Part shown: positions 40,160 through 50,397 of the stretch, piece after piece
Numbering within the stretch: the first letter of the stretch is position 1
Layout: every line of letters begins with the position of its first letter
From: an uncultured Gemmatimonadaceae bacterium
GTDB taxonomy: Bacteria; Gemmatimonadota; Gemmatimonadetes; Gemmatimonadales; Gemmatimonadaceae
DNA length: 64,000 nt
Assembly: GCA_963829055.1 (NCBI GenBank)
Contig: CAWHHI010000011.1
Span: forward strand, 608,001 to 672,000
Direction of reading: 5' to 3'
The notes under the pieces: model-generated
The model's input: only the letters and a program-made list of their open reading frames with translations
The model's database searches: none
What the model was told of the DNA's origin: nothing
Made by a program: the position numbers and the translations under genes

Positions 40160-42467
40160 ATGTCCAGTCTCGCGACGCGCCTGCAGAACGCGTTAGGACC
40201 ATCCTTCGCCATCGAGCGTGAGCTCAGCGGCGGCGGAATGTCGCACGTCTTCCTCGTCGCCGACGCCGCGCTGTCGCGTCGCATCGTCGTCAAGATCCTC
40301 GCCCCGAACCCTAACGCGAAGGTCGACGCCGAACGCTTCGCCCGCGAGATCCGGATCGCGTCCAGCCTGCAGCATCCGTGCATCGTCCCGGTGCTGACGG
40401 CGGGGATGATGGATGACGTCCCGTACTACACGATGCCGTTCGTCGCCGGCGAATCGCTCCGCACGAAGCTCGCGACCGGCCAGCTCCTGCCCGTCGGGCG
40501 CGCCGTCCGTGTGCTGCGAGACGTCGCGTCGGCAATCGCGCACGCCCACGAGCACGGCGTCGCGCACCGCGACCTCAAGCCCGACAACGTGCTGCTGTCA
40601 TCAGGGTACGCGGTGGTCACCGACTTCGGCATTGCCAAGGCGGTCTCCTCGTCACGCGGCGAGGTGGACCCGGAGCTGACGTCGAGCGGGATGACCGTCG
40701 GAACGCCGGCATACATGGCGCCCGAACAGGCGGCCGCGGATCCGGACGCCGACCATCGCGTCGACCTGTACGCGTTAGGCATCATGGGCTACGAGATCCT
40801 CACCGGCCAGCGTCCATTCGTGGCGCGAACCGCGCAGGAGCTGCTCGTCGCGCACATCACGCGCCCGCCAACGCCCATCACCGACCGGCGACTCGACCTG
40901 CCGCCAGCGCTCTCGTCGCTCGTGATGCGCTGCCTCGCGAAAGCCGCGGCCGAACGCCCATCAGCGATAGAGGTCGTCGACGCCCTCGACGAGATCGCGG
41001 CCGCCGTTGGACACGGAACACCGACGCCATCCACACCCGCGCCCACTGCGGCGGCGCTGCCGTCGATCGCGGTGCTGCCGTTCGTGAATCTCACCGGAAC
41101 GCCCGACAACGATCACCTCGCCGACGGTATCGCCGAGGAGATTCTGAACGCGCTCGCTCGGCTCCGCACGATGCACGTCGCGGCCCGGAGCTCGTCGTTC
41201 GCGTTTCGCGGGTCGAGCATCGACCTGCGCGCTGTCGGCGAGCGACTCGGCGTACGCACGGTGCTCGAAGGAAGCGTGAGGCGATCCGGCAACCGCCTGC
41301 GAGTGACGGTGCAGCTCGCGGACGTCGCCACCGGCTTTCAGCTGTGGTCGGAACGCTACGATCGTGAGGCCGCGGACGTGTTCGACGTCGAGGACGAGAT
41401 CGCGTCGGCCGTCGTGGACACACTGAAGGTCACGCTGCTCAAGGCGCCGGGCACGCCGCTCGCACCGCGCCGGACGACCAACTTCGACGCGTACGAGCTC
41501 TATCTCCGCGGCCGCCACGCGTGGAACAACGTCGGCGCGAGCATCGAGCGCGCGCTCGAGCTGTTCGAAGCAGCGCTGGAGATCGACCCGGAATTCGCGC
41601 TCGCCCACGCGGGCGTTGCCGACGTATTCATTCTCTCGGGCATCTTCCAGTCGCTGCCGCCCACCGAGGCGTTCCCGCTCGCGCGCGTTGCAGCCGAGCG
41701 CGCGCGGTCGCTCGACGAATCGCTGTCGGAGGCCCACGCATTGCTCGGCGCCATCAGCCTCTTTCACGACTGGGACTTCGCCGCCGCGCGGACGTTCCTC
41801 GAGAAGGCGATCGCACTCAACCCGAGCAACGCGGGAGCGTACGGGTGGCTCGCGATGTACCACAGCTTCCGCGGGGATCACGACACAGCGCTCGACTGGG
41901 CACGTCGCAGTGTGCAGGTCGACCCACTTGCGGCAACGGCGTCCTACAGCGAGCTGTTCACGCTCTACACGGCGCGGCGCTTCGAGGAGGCGGTCACGTG
42001 CGCGGACCGCGTGCTCATGTTGAACCCGTCCTACGCCGAGGGATATCGGTGTCTCGGCGCGTGCCTGCTCGCGCTCGGGCGCACAGGGCCTGCGCTCGAT
42101 GCGCTGCGACAGGCGGTGAAGATCGGCGAGTCGTACGCGTGGGCTGTCGCCACGCTCGCCACGTCGCTTGGCTTCCCTCGGCGATACGGAGGAAGCAGAG
42201 CGGTTGCTCGGTGAGCTCGAGGCGCGCGCCCGCGAGGACTGGATCTCACCCATGTCGCGAGGCGTGGTCTACGCGGCGCTGGGTCGGTTCGACGATGCGC
42301 TCGCGGCGCTCGAACAATCCGTGGACGACCGCGAGTGCTGGGTGGTCGGTCTCGCGGTCGAGCCGGCGTGGGATATTCTCCGTGGACACCCGCGCTTCGA
42401 GGCGCTGATCGCGAAGATCGACGTCACCGACCGTCAGCAGCCGAGTGCGGCGTTAGGCGTCGCGTGA
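40160..42467 (+). CDS. Hanks-type Ser/Thr protein kinase with TolB-like and TPR domains; frameshift at ~42170
   Basis: GGMSHV, VVK, HRDLKPDN, DFGIAK, GTPAYMAPEQ; SIAVLPFVNL; TPR helices; LRGHPRF terminus. Confidence 0.92.
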
Positions 42468-42471
42468 GCGT

Positions 42472-42593
42472 TGTCATTCCGAGCGGAGCGCCGCAGCGGA
42501 GTCGAGGAATCGCGATCGTCCCGATAGAGGGCCCTCTACCGCGGCAGAGGCTCGATTCCTCGACTCCCGCTTCGCGGCTCGCTCGGAATGACA
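42472..42593. repeat. Family-A REP-like inverted doublet
   Basis: TGTCATTCCGAGCG...TAGAGGGCCCTCTA...CGCTCGGAATGACA filling the gap between convergent stops. Confidence 0.9.
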
Positions 42594-42601
42594 CAGATCC
42601 A

Positions 42602-44000
42602 CTAGCGCGCGGTACGCGGGAACGTCCACAGGAACATTTGCCCGAAGGCCGGCGTCGTTCCCCGTGCCGGCACGACCGAGAAACGATCCACGGTCGGCGA
42701 CCCGGGAGTCTGAACGGCGAACGTGTCGTCACCGAGCGGCACGACGGGCAGCTCGGCGCCGAATCGTCGGAGGACCAGGCCGTCGTCTTTCAGCCGTAGC
42801 TCGAACGAGAACCGGTTCGCATACGTCCCGACGTAGTCGGCGAGCCTAACGCCCGGCAGCGGGCTGTGGCAGCCGAGCCGCGACGGTCGGCGATGCGGCG
42901 AACGGAACACCCAGCGGGCGAAGCGCGTCTTCGAGCGCCGCCTCGGCCACACGATCCAGGCGCACCTCGTCGCGGTTCGCGATGATCACCACACCGACAT
43001 GGCGCGCCGGGATCATCCGCACGAGCGTCGAGAAGCCGGGCATCGACCCTGGGTGCCACGTGCTCTCCTGGCCGCGCAGCGAGTCGATGAACATGCCGTA
43101 GCCGTAGCGTGTGGCGTTAGGCATGCCGGGCAATGCCACGTGCGTCGCGAACATGCTGTCGGTGACGCCGACCGGTAGCGCCTGCCTGCCGTCGATGCGG
43201 CCGCCGTTCACCAGGGCGATGACGAATCGCGACGCTTCGCGCGCGCTCGTATACAGGTAGCCGGCGGGCCAGATGCGCGTGTCGTCGGCGATGGGGCGGA
43301 CGACCACGACGGAGTCGCCCTTCTGCGTCAGCTTGTGGCCCTGCGCGCGTGGATACGTCGCGGCTTCCAGCGGACGCATTGTCGACTTCATCATGCCTAA
43401 CGGGCGAAGGAGCCGGTCGCGCATGAGGTCCGCGAACGGCTGCTTCGCGGACTCCTGCGTCGCCAGCCCCGCGAGCGCGAAGCCGATGTTCGAGTACGAG
43501 AACGACAATCCGGGCGGCAGGAAGGCAACCGAGTCGGGCATCTCACGAGCGGCGCGAAGCAGTGCGCCTTCGTCGGACGTGCCGTAGCTCCCTTCCCTAT
43601 CGCCGAGACCCGCAGTCTGGCTGAGAAGTTGAGAAAGGGTGAGCGCGCCGAACTTTGGTCGGAGTCCGGACACGACGCGCGAGATGGGTGCACGCAAACT
43701 CAGCGTCCCCGGGCGCGCGACGGTGAGCGCGAGAGCCGCGGTGAACGGCTTCGTGAGCGACCCGACCTGGGCGAGCAGATCGGGCGTCATCGGCGCACCG
43801 GTCTCGACATCCGCGACGCCGAAGCCACGCGCGTATACGACGCTGTCGCCGCGCACGACGACGACCTGTACGCCGGGCGTCTTCGTCGTGCGCATGACGT
43901 CTGCCGTCACGCGCTCGAGGACGTCCCAGTTGCCGGATTGCGCAGCGAGTGGCGCGGCCGCGACGTCGACTGCCAGTGCGCCGAGCGAAGTGAATCGCAT
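42602..44000 (-). CDS. Serine hydrolase (beta-lactamase family) with C-terminal domain; frameshift at ~42870
   Basis: SLTK, FSYSN, WHPG; continues LADYVGTY...FPRTAR in the shifted frame. Confidence 0.85.
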
Positions 44001-44003
44001 TGT

Positions 44004-44128
44004 TGTCATCCCGAGCGACAGCGACGGGATCTTCTGTGAGGTCATCGTAGCCAGTCTGGCCACGATAACGTTCAGAAGAGATCCCTCGCTACCGCTCGGG
44101 ATGACAATCGCTGACGCTCGGGATGACA
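44004..44128. repeat. Family-B REP-like inverted doublet with duplicated right end
   Basis: TGTCATCCCGAGCG...GGGATCTTCT...GATCCCTCG...CGCTCGGGATGACA plus a second CGCTCGGGATGACA. Confidence 0.9.
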
Positions 44129-44138
44129 GCCGCCTCGC

Positions 44139-45329
44139 TCAGGTCTTCCAGACCTCTGACAAGACTCGGATGAAGTTCCCACCGAGCACGCCCTCGATCT
44201 CGGCGTCGCTGTACTTCCGACGGATGAGTCCCTCCGTCAGGTCGAACATCCGCTTCGGATGGCTGAGCCCCTCGACGTCGATCTTCTCGCGGAAGCCGTA
44301 GCTGCCCTTGTAGCCCGCGCGCAGCTGCTTGTTCATCTCCGGCGGCATGTCGTCGTAGCCCTCGAGCGAGATGTCGCTACCCACGCCGAGGTGCTCGGGG
44401 CCGATGAGCTTCCGCACGTGGTCGTAGTGATCGAGGACGTTCTCCACCGTCGTTGGCTCGTCGACCTTCACGAACATGCGCACGCCCGTGATCCCCATGA
44501 CGCTGCCCGCCTTGCCCACCGCCCGGATCGCGTCATCCGTCTTGCAGCGCGGATGACCCGGCGCGAGTGCTCGGCAATTCGAGTGCGTGATGAGCACCGG
44601 TCGCTTCGAGAGCTCGAACGCGTCGAGCGTCGTGCGATCACCGCAGTGCGACACGTCCACCGCCATGCCGACGGTGTTCATGCGCTCGATGATGCGCACG
44701 CCGAAGTCGCTGATGCCTTCATCGCGACGCTCGGTCGATCCATTGCCAATCAGATTGCGCGAGTTGTACGTCAACTGCGAGACGCGCTGGCCGAGGCCGT
44801 AGAACATGTTCACGTCATCGGGCCGGCGGAAATGCTCCGAGTTCTGCAGGCCGAGCAGGACGCCGACCTTGCCGGATCCCTTGATGCGCTTGAAGTCTGC
44901 GGCGCTGTCGATGCGGTCGAAGTACTGCGTCGAACCGGCGATGAACGAGTTCCATCCCGCAAAGAACGTCAGTCCCTGCTCGTACGCGTTCGTGCCGCCG
45001 AGTCCGACGGCGGGATGCATCACGTTGATGCCCGAGTCGCGCCAGCGCTGAAAGTCCTTGTCCGTGAACGTCTCGGGAGCCGCCATCCACTTGTCGGCCT
45101 GTGTGAAGTTCATGCTGAGGATGCACAGCATGTCCACCACGGTCGATCGCTGCACGAGCCCGATCGCGCGCGCGGAGTACTCGGCCTCACTGAACGCGAA
45201 CAGCCGGTAGCGCCCGCGATTGACGAACGGCGCTGCCACGACCGCGGCGCCCGCGACCGCGGCCTGCGCGAGCAGCGTCCGCCGCGAGATCGCGCGGCGG
45301 TCGTCGTTAGGTACGTCAGGTGCGCTCAT
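44139..45329 (-). CDS. Membrane dipeptidase (M19 family), Tat-exported
   Basis: SRRTLL Tat motif; QLTYN, VDVSHC, ITHSN, GVGSD, LGGNF. Confidence 0.9.
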   Translation of the reverse strand: MSAPDVPNDDRRAISRRTLLAQAAVAGAAVVAAPFVNRGRYRLFAFSEAEYSARAIGLVQRSTVVDMLCILSMNFTQADKWMAAPETFTDKDFQRWRDSGINVMHPAVGLGGTNAYEQGLTFFAGWNSFIAGSTQYFDRIDSAADFKRIKGSGKVGVLLGLQNSEHFRRPDDVNMFYGLGQRVSQLTYNSRNLIGNGSTERRDEGISDFGVRIIERMNTVGMAVDVSHCGDRTTLDAFELSKRPVLITHSNCRALAPGHPRCKTDDAIRAVGKAGSVMGITGVRMFVKVDEPTTVENVLDHYDHVRKLIGPEHLGVGSDISLEGYDDMPPEMNKQLRAGYKGSYGFREKIDVEGLSHPKRMFDLTEGLIRRKYSDAEIEGVLGGNFIRVLSEVWKT

Positions 45330-46885
45330 CGCGGCGCGCTCCCGGTTACAGCGGCGGCAGGGCGCGCCGGTCGATCGGGGACGCGCTTGAACGTCACCTG
45401 ACCCGCGAGATCGAGTTGCACTTCGTCCACCTTGCCGGCCGCGTTCAGGCGGAACGTCACCGGCACCGGCGGAAGGATCGGGGTGTCGAGCTTCATACGG
45501 AACGTATCGAAGTGGTAGTGCTCGAGCGGCCCGCGCCACGTCGGCCCGAAGGCGAGGTTCAACGTTCCGTTGGCCTCGGTGACATCCAGGACGCCGTACG
45601 CGCTGTCGGCATACGTGCCCACGTACCCCGAAAGCGGGAGCGACGGCTTCGTGTTGGCGACGCGCTGCTCCGTTCGACCCTGCGCCGCGCGCGCCCGCGC
45701 CATCATGCTGTCCTGGCGCGCGTGGAGCTCCCCGCTCCAGTCCTTGGCCGGCCGCTTGAGCTGCAGGTCGAGCGTCTTGAGCATGAGCGCGGTGGGCAGC
45801 GTCGAGCCGTTCATGTTCGAGAGGATGACGATGCCGAACTTGTCTTCCGGGAGCATGGCGACGAGCGCCGTCATGCCGTCGATGTTGCCGCCGTGCTGGA
45901 CGAGGTACTTGCCCTCGTAGTCGCTCAGGAACCACCCGAGCCCGTAGGCCATGAGGTGAGCCGACGGGTTCATGTTGCCCATTCCGCCGTCGCGGCGAAT
46001 GATCATCTGCGCGGTGCGCATCTCGTCGACCATGCGCTTGCTGATGAGTTGCTTGCCCTGGAACTTGCCGTCGCCGAGATGCAGCCGGACCCACTGCGCC
46101 ATGTCGACCGCGTTCGAGTTGATCGACCCTGCCGGCGCGATGTTGTCGATCTGCCGGTACGGAATGGCGCGGACGGTGTCGTTCAGCTCAGCGTGCGGCG
46201 CGGCGACGTCCTCGATGCCCTTGAGCGCGGAGACGGACGTGTTGCTCGAGGTCATTCCGAGCGGCTGGAAAATGCGCTGCTTGATGAAGTCGTCCCACGA
46301 CGCGTTCGTCGTCTTCGCGACGATCTGCCCGGCCGCGAGGAACATGATGTTCTGGTAGCCGAACGTCGAGCGGAAGCTCCACGTGGGCGGGAGGTAACGC
46401 ACGCGTCGGAGGATCTCGTCCCGGTCATACGCCGAGCCATACCAGATGAGCTCACCGCGCGCGAGGCCGCTGCGATGACTCAGGAGATCGCGGACGGTGA
46501 TCTCGCGCGACGCGAAGGGATCGGCGAGTTGGAAGTTGGGGAGATACGTGTTGGCCGCCGCGTCGAGTCGCACCTTCCCGCTATCGACGAGCATGGCCAC
46601 GGCGGCAGACGTGAACGCCTTGGACGAGGACCCGATGGCGAACAGCGTGTGCTCGTCGACGGGCGCCGGCTTGCCGATCTCGCGCACGCCGTAGCCCTTG
46701 GCGTAGATGACCGAGTCGTTGCGCACGATGGCGACGGACGCGCCAGGCACCTTCCACGTGGCGAGCGCGGCGCGCACGTACGCGTCGAAGCCGGGGTACG
46801 GCTCGCGCTGCTGCTGCGCGGTCGCCGGTGATGCCAACGCGAGCACGGCGAGTATGCCGGTCGCGATGGTACGAGTGCGCCTCAT
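45326..46885 (-). CDS. Serine hydrolase with C-terminal DUF3471-like domain
   Basis: GGAG RBS; SSSK, LLSHRSG, YQN, QHGG; YVGTYADSAYG C-domain. Confidence 0.92.
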   Translation of the reverse strand: MRRTRTIATGILAVLALASPATAQQQREPYPGFDAYVRAALATWKVPGASVAIVRNDSVIYAKGYGVREIGKPAPVDEHTLFAIGSSSKAFTSAAVAMLVDSGKVRLDAAANTYLPNFQLADPFASREITVRDLLSHRSGLARGELIWYGSAYDRDEILRRVRYLPPTWSFRSTFGYQNIMFLAAGQIVAKTTNASWDDFIKQRIFQPLGMTSSNTSVSALKGIEDVAAPHAELNDTVRAIPYRQIDNIAPAGSINSNAVDMAQWVRLHLGDGKFQGKQLISKRMVDEMRTAQMIIRRDGGMGNMNPSAHLMAYGLGWFLSDYEGKYLVQHGGNIDGMTALVAMLPEDKFGIVILSNMNGSTLPTALMLKTLDLQLKRPAKDWSGELHARQDSMMARARAAQGRTEQRVANTKPSLPLSGYVGTYADSAYGVLDVTEANGTLNLAFGPTWRGPLEHYHFDTFRMKLDTPILPPVPVTFRLNAAGKVDEVQLDLAGQVTFKRVPDRPARPAAAVTGSAPR

Positions 46886-46936
46886 GGACTGGCTCCCTGT
46901 CGAGAAGAAAATGGTCGTGAATTGCTGTGTGCCAAA

Positions 46937-46948
46937 TTGGTATACCAA
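46937..46948. promoter_or_regulatory. Palindrome TTGGTATACCAA, candidate GntR/FadR-type operator
   Basis: Perfect 12-bp AT-rich palindrome ~50 bp upstream of the 46885 start; TGGT-n-ACCA form. Confidence 0.45.
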
Positions 46949-46973
46949 ACGGCCCAACGCCAGTCCGGCGGCT

Positions 46974-47099
46974 GTCATTCCGAGCGGAGCCGCGGAGCGG
47001 CGGAGTCGAGGAATCGCGATCGTACTGGCAGAGAGGCCCTCTACCGGGATGATCGCGATTCCTCGACTTGCGGCCCTTCGGGCCTCCGCTCGGAATGAC
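46974..47099. repeat. Family-A REP-like inverted doublet
   Basis: GTCATTCCGAGCG...GAGGAATCGCGATC...GATCGCGATTCCTCG...CGCTCGGAATGAC; 3 bp from the lctP stop. Confidence 0.9.
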
Positions 47100-47102
47100 G
47101 TC

Positions 47103-48788
47103 TTACCTCACGACCAGACGCGTGAACGGCCACACGTACGCCAGCAGCATCACCCAGATGCCGACCAGCGCCGCCAACGCGATGCTGTGCCGGAACACGT
47201 AGCGCAGAATCCGCGACTCGTGCCCGTACCACCGCGTTGCCGTGCTCGCGACCACGATGCTCTGCGCATCGATCATCTTCCCCATGACGCCGCCCGCGCT
47301 GTTCGACGCCGCCATGAGCGTCGGGCTCACACCCACCTTCTGCGCCGTGATCGTCTGCAGGCTCCCGAACAGCACGTTCGATGACGTATCCGAGCCCGTG
47401 AGCGCCACGCCAAGCCAGCCGAGCATCGTGCCGAAAAACGGGTAGAGCACGCCCGTGTGCGCGAACGCGAGCCCGAGGATCGCATCCTGTCCGGCATAGC
47501 GAGCCGTGTAGCCGAGCGCCAACATCGCGGCGATCGTGATGAGCGACGTGCTCGCGCGTTTGAGCGTCGCCACGTACGTCCGCGCGATGTCTGTCGGGCG
47601 AGAGCCAATGGCGATCCCCGTGATCAGTGCCGCCAGCAGAATCGCCGTGCCGGTCGCCGACAGCCAGTTGAACGTGAAGACGGCCGCCTCGGGAGCGGCC
47701 GTTGGCACCACGGGCGGGATGCGGAAGACCGCCTTATCGAGGCCGGCGATCGGGATCTTGGGCGCCGAGATGTTGTTGAGAATCGTCTTCACCTGCGGGA
47801 GCCCCCAGGCGAACACGAGGACGCTCAGCACCACCCACGGCAGATACGCGCGTGAGCTGGCCCGCCCCGCGGTTGGATTCGCGGGCGCTGGCGTGAACCC
47901 AGCGGGCTCGGCTCCGACCGTTGATCCGGCCACCGAGCTGTCCGCGTTAGGCTCGGCGCGCGTGCCAGCCCAGAGCGCCTTCGGCTGCCAGCGTCTCAGG
48001 AACGCCGCGAGCGCGCCCATCGACACGACCGACGCGACGATGTCCACGAGCCACGGCCCGTGAAAGTTCGAGACGAGAAACTGCGGCACCGCGAACGCGA
48101 CGCCGGCGACGAGCACCGCGGGCCACACCTCGAGCATGCCGCGGAACCCGGCGTACGCCCAGATGAGCCAGAACGGGACGATCAGCGAGAACAGTGGGAG
48201 CTGACGTCCGACCATGGCGCTCAGGTCGTTGAGGTCCAATCCGGTCACACCCTGCAGCGCGATGATCGGCGTGCCGAGCGCGCCGTACGCCACAGGCGCG
48301 GTGTTCGCGATGAGCGAGAGACCGGACGCCTCGAGCGGTCCGAAGCCGAGCGCGATGAGCAGCGCGCCAGTGACGGCGACCGGCGTCCCGAAACCGGCCG
48401 CGCCCTCGAAGAACGCGCCGAAGCAGAACGCGACGAACAGCAGCTGTAGCCGCCGGTCAGCCGTTAGGCGCGTGATCCCGACGCGGAGCTCGTCCACGAG
48501 ACCGCGCTCGCTCGCCAGCGCGTGCAGAAAGAGCACGTTGAGCACGATCCAGCCGATGGGAAAGAAGCCGTACGCGGCGCCGAACGCGGCCGCCCGAAGG
48601 GCCATCCCCGCCGGCATGCCCTGCGCGACGATCGCGACGGCGAGAGCAGCGGCGAGCCCGAGCAGAGCCGCGTAGTGCGCCCGAACGCCGTGACGCGCGA
48701 GCAACCCGAGCAGCACGACGAGCGGCAGCGCCGCGATGAGCGTCGAGAAGACCGGCGAGTTGAGCGGATCGTAGGCCTGGTTCCACAT
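47103..48788 (-). CDS. lctP: L-lactate/glycolate permease
   Basis: MWNQAYDP; FFEGAAGFGTP; ANTAPVAYGALG; GSDTSSNVLF; GGVMGKMI. Confidence 0.95.
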   Translation of the reverse strand: MWNQAYDPLNSPVFSTLIAALPLVVLLGLLARHGVRAHYAALLGLAAALAVAIVAQGMPAGMALRAAAFGAAYGFFPIGWIVLNVLFLHALASERGLVDELRVGITRLTADRRLQLLFVAFCFGAFFEGAAGFGTPVAVTGALLIALGFGPLEASGLSLIANTAPVAYGALGTPIIALQGVTGLDLNDLSAMVGRQLPLFSLIVPFWLIWAYAGFRGMLEVWPAVLVAGVAFAVPQFLVSNFHGPWLVDIVASVVSMGALAAFLRRWQPKALWAGTRAEPNADSSVAGSTVGAEPAGFTPAPANPTAGRASSRAYLPWVVLSVLVFAWGLPQVKTILNNISAPKIPIAGLDKAVFRIPPVVPTAAPEAAVFTFNWLSATGTAILLAALITGIAIGSRPTDIARTYVATLKRASTSLITIAAMLALGYTARYAGQDAILGLAFAHTGVLYPFFGTMLGWLGVALTGSDTSSNVLFGSLQTITAQKVGVSPTLMAASNSAGGVMGKMIDAQSIVVASTATRWYGHESRILRYVFRHSIALAALVGIWVMLLAYVWPFTRLVVR

Positions 48789-48850
48789 AGGTCCGTCGTT
48801 GTCCGAAGCTAGAGTTTGCCGGCGGCACAATGCTCGCTCAGAGGCGAGAC

Positions 48851-50353
48851 ATGATCCATGGGAACCAAACAATCGAGCCGAGTCCGCGGCGACGCCCGTT
48901 GCAGGTGCTGCACCTCGCGGCCCTCATGGCCGCCTGGTGCGTAGCCACCACCTGCTCTGCGACGCGCGAACCGGCGAAGTCGTCCATCACGATATCGCGC
49001 GTGGTGCCGGGACGCGACCTGTTCGTCGTGCCCAATCCGCACAACGCGCTCTCCACCGTCGTCACGTTCGACGCGCGAGGATTCGACTCCGCCCGCGTCG
49101 TGTACTGGTCGGCGGGCGAACCGCCTCGCGCCACGCCGTTCTCCAGAGCGCAGGGCGTCGGCCGGATCGTCACGCTCGGACTCCGACCGGAGACCGCATA
49201 CCTCCACGTTCTGGAACGGGTGCGCGGCGATCAGGTGATCACGTCGGACACGGTTCAGTCGAACTCGGGCAGCCTCCCCGAATACCTTCGCCGCGCGCAC
49301 ATGCGGATGACGGGACGACCGACCAGCGGCTACGTCCTGACGGCGATGGCGGACTCGGGGCGCACGGGCTTCGTCGTCGCCTTCGATTCCACGGGGCAGC
49401 TCCGCTGGTACCGCGAGTTTCCCGGCGAGATGCCCACCGGCGAGACGAAGCAGCAGCCTAACGGGGACTTCACCGTGTTTCTCGGGCGGACGCCGGGCTG
49501 GATGTTCTTTCCCGGCTCGTACGAGCAGTTCCGCCCGAGTGGCGAGGTGGTCCGAACCATCATGGCGCCACCCCCGATGTACACGGACAACCACGAGCTC
49601 GTGCTCACGTTCCGCGACACCACGTTCGAGGCGGCGCACTTCTTCAGCTTCGACGGACGGCCCGGTGACATCTCGCAGTGGGGCGGCCCGCGCGACACGC
49701 TGATCATCGGGCATCAGCTCGTGCGCATGGGCGCGGATGGTATGCCTCAGACCGTGCTCGATGGCTGGAATCATTTCAGCTGGAAGGACCGGATCGAGCC
49801 GCCGCGTGATACGCTCTACGACTTCGATCACCCTAACGCGCTCGACTTCGACCACGACGGCAACTACATCGTCTCGTACCGCAACATGGGCGAGATCACG
49901 AAGATCGACGCGAAGAGCGGCGCGATCATCTGGCGCCTCGGCGGCCGCAACAACCAGTTCACGATCCGGAACGATCCATTCAACGGCTTCAGCGCCCAGC
50001 ACTCCGCACGCATCCTCGACAACGGCAACCTGCTGCTGTACGACAACGGCACACGCCACACGCCGCCGGAAACGCGAGTGGTCGAGTACCGTCTCGATCC
50101 TGACGCGAAGACCGCCGACATGGTGTGGCAGTACCGGCACTCGCCGCCGTTCTACGTCCCGTACACAGGGTCCGTGCAGCGACTCAAGAGTGGGAACACG
50201 GTGATCGGCTACAGCAACCGCGGGATCGTCACGGAGGTGGACCAGAAGGGAGCCGTGGTGTGGGAAGGAACGGTCATGGTGAACCCGGACAGGCCGGGCG
50301 ACTTCTACCGCGCGATCAAGATCGCGTCGCTGTACCGCTACGAGCGACCTTGA
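48851..50353 (+). CDS. Arylsulfotransferase (ASST) family protein
   Basis: DNHEL, DFDHPNAL, IVSYRN, WRLGG, FSAQHSA, LYDNG, GSVQRLKSGNT. Confidence 0.85.
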   Translation: MIHGNQTIEPSPRRRPLQVLHLAALMAAWCVATTCSATREPAKSSITISRVVPGRDLFVVPNPHNALSTVVTFDARGFDSARVVYWSAGEPPRATPFSRAQGVGRIVTLGLRPETAYLHVLERVRGDQVITSDTVQSNSGSLPEYLRRAHMRMTGRPTSGYVLTAMADSGRTGFVVAFDSTGQLRWYREFPGEMPTGETKQQPNGDFTVFLGRTPGWMFFPGSYEQFRPSGEVVRTIMAPPPMYTDNHELVLTFRDTTFEAAHFFSFDGRPGDISQWGGPRDTLIIGHQLVRMGADGMPQTVLDGWNHFSWKDRIEPPRDTLYDFDHPNALDFDHDGNYIVSYRNMGEITKIDAKSGAIIWRLGGRNNQFTIRNDPFNGFSAQHSARILDNGNLLLYDNGTRHTPPETRVVEYRLDPDAKTADMVWQYRHSPPFYVPYTGSVQRLKSGNTVIGYSNRGIVTEVDQKGAVVWEGTVMVNPDRPGDFYRAIKIASLYRYERP

Positions 50354-50397
50354 TACGCGCGGACACGTGCTACGCTCGGACTTCGCCGGGACGGGCT

